Positions 62,100 through 64,000 of a stretch of 64,000 nucleotides of DNA are shown here, piece after piece; position 1 is the stretch's first letter, and each line of letters begins with the position of its first letter. A program made the position numbers and the translations under genes. The notes under the pieces were generated by a model. That model saw only the letters and a list, made by a program, of their open reading frames with translations. It ran no database searches and was not told the origin of the DNA. Origin of the DNA: Selaginella moellendorffii (Eukaryota > Plantae > Lycopodiophyta); NCBI RefSeq assembly GCF_000143415.4, contig NW_003314316.1:750669-814668 (forward strand), given 5' to 3'.

Positions 62100-63290
62100 C
62101 TTAAAAAAGCATCCATGTGCAAAATGAAAAGTCAAATATAATCAGGATATACAAAAACTAAAGAAGTGATCAATGTTTGCTTGCAATTTTTAAACCAAAT
62201 GAAAAGACAATATTATCAACTTCAAATGTTCACAATAGTGTAGTACATTAAATTGCATGTTTGGATCTAAAGACATGACTTATTTTAGGTATTACATTTC
62301 TCATAAAGATTTACTAATTAATGTTGATAAATTAGCTTTTTTTAAATTCCCTACTCCAAAATATGTGAATAATATGCAATGCATCCTTGGCAAAGTGCAA
62401 TATTTTGGTTATTTTATTGATCATATTTCTAATTTGCTTAACCTTAAAGAAAACTTTCCATAACCAACCCAACACTTTGCAAACATTATGAATGTATTCC
62501 TCCTATATCACCTCCAAATAGATCAAGACTTCATCTAGTAGTCACCTCTTTCATATCACAAATAACTTAGTCTATCATTAACAAAAAAATGGTTGGATTA
62601 TTATTTAAACTGAACAATATCACTAAGAACTTATTCAAACCAAATGATGTATAAAAAGTAGTTTTAGGAACACCCTCCTCAGCCATCAATATTGGCTAGT
62701 GTTGGAAAACAAGATAAAACTTGGTAGACTAATAACTATGTCCTAAATGATATAGAAAATCAATAGAATGAGGAAGTGGGTATATGTCTCGGATTGTCAT
62801 GTCATTTAATGGAACAATATATAATTAAATGCTCCTATCTAGCTTAATCATAAAATGAAGTTCACATGCACAAGGACTTCAAAACTTTTAGATAGCACAT
62901 TTCTCTAACATTTCTAGGATAATATGTTGCAATCTTAACCCCAAATGATATATCAAATTCAAAAAGATTAATATACTCCTTTTTGAGCTAGTCAACTGTT
63001 ACAACATAAGAGTTGTTTAAGGGACTTAAAGAAGGAATAAAATGTCAAGAAGGAAACATAATAGGAAGTAATGAGAAGACAAAAGTGATGAAAGTAGAAG
63101 ACAAAAAATACAAAGTGATAGAAACAAAAGACAAAATGAAACAAAAATAAAAAGAATGGAAAAAGGATAATGTAGTGTATATGAATTTGGATTTAAACTC
63201 CAAGCATATTACATTACAAAACAAGGGTATAATACACACTCAAATCATTTATGAGCATAAACTCCTTATATTCAACTTTTACAAGCAAAA
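62100..63290 (-). mobile_element. Gypsy RT/RNaseH relic of the same family as 6607-19204, with an internal inversion
   Basis: 62450-62950 is the reverse-complement homolog of ~8690-9170; 62257-62440 matches 9205-9390 on the plus strand (KFPTPK..CILGKVQY). Confidence 0.78.
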
Positions 63291-63299
63291 TAGTATTAG

Positions 63300-63990
63300 A
63301 TGAAGTATGGCATAATTTTGGCATATTGGTGGCTAATGCGAGGAGGTGGACACCCCACTAACTAGAGTAGTATAGAGCTTTGGCTTAGACACAAGTTGAA
63401 CATAAAAGTGATATAGCCCAGTAGGAAGTAAAATAATATATTAGATTATTGGTTATATTTTTTACTATTATCCTTATTATACACTTAGAATCCCTCTTGC
63501 CCCCTCTATATTAAAGCTTTCTTTAGGCTTTCACCCCAGTCTCAAGAGTTAATTTTTAAGAAAAAATTTGAAAATTTACTAAACATTGAATAGCATTAGA
63601 TCATGAATTAGGAAACAGGAATAACACCATACTATTTAAAACACTCTCTACATTCTATAGATATACTTCACTAGCAAATCTAGACATTTACAATAAATAG
63701 CATATGGGATATAATAGTGAAGGTGGCAAACACAGTAAGTTATCATATAGAGATATTAAAGGACTAAACTCAATTTTGTGAGGGTTCCTAACACTAGCAA
63801 GTGCAAGTTGATAATATGAATTTCTCACCATTGTATCAAATATGTTTGACTTAATAATAACTTAGGATTTCTTTATTTAGTGCCCTAGTTTCTCAATTAG
63901 ATTGGGCTAAGATTAATAAAGAGAATCAACAGTCTAATTTTATGGTAATGAATAGAGAATATTCAAAAGGATTAAATAATAAGTATATTT
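63300..63990 (-). mobile_element. Highly decayed family B LTR
   Basis: GGCTTTCACCC, GCAAATCTAGACA and CTAGCAAGTGCAAG occur in the same order as in 58520-59270. Confidence 0.7.
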
Positions 63991-64000
63991 TGATACCCAT

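Overview
Eukaryotic land-plant nuclear DNA with very short introns (~50-70 bp) and tight gene packing. A compact lycophyte genome such as Selaginella is my inference; I could not verify it. The left half (1-34 kb) is gene-rich: AGPase small subunit, F-box protein, peroxiredoxin Q plus a decayed tandem copy, a NIF/HAD phosphatase, an MDR enoyl-reductase-like gene, dCTP pyrophosphatase, SWEETIE/HEATR5, a pathogen-related protein and an AT-rich secreted bulb-lectin chimera. It is interrupted by a degenerate Gypsy element (6.6-19.2 kb, TSD CTAC) that hosts a Copia-derived element (10.0-17.6 kb, TSD CTACC). That nested element has near-identical ~1.7-1.8 kb LTRs carrying a variable 6/11/12-bp tandem array, yet its coding region is wrecked. 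The right half (35-64 kb) is a nested retrotransposon pile: two degenerate Copia families, a second TRIM family, a Gypsy relic, a truncated threonyl-tRNA synthetase pseudogene, a gap-truncated secreted-protein ORF and two assembly gaps. It also holds an intact TRIM with two 194-bp LTRs, identical by eye, each containing a 5S rRNA-derived Pol III promoter (Cassandra type), plus four decayed relatives. Coordinates and identities were read by eye; no database searches were run.
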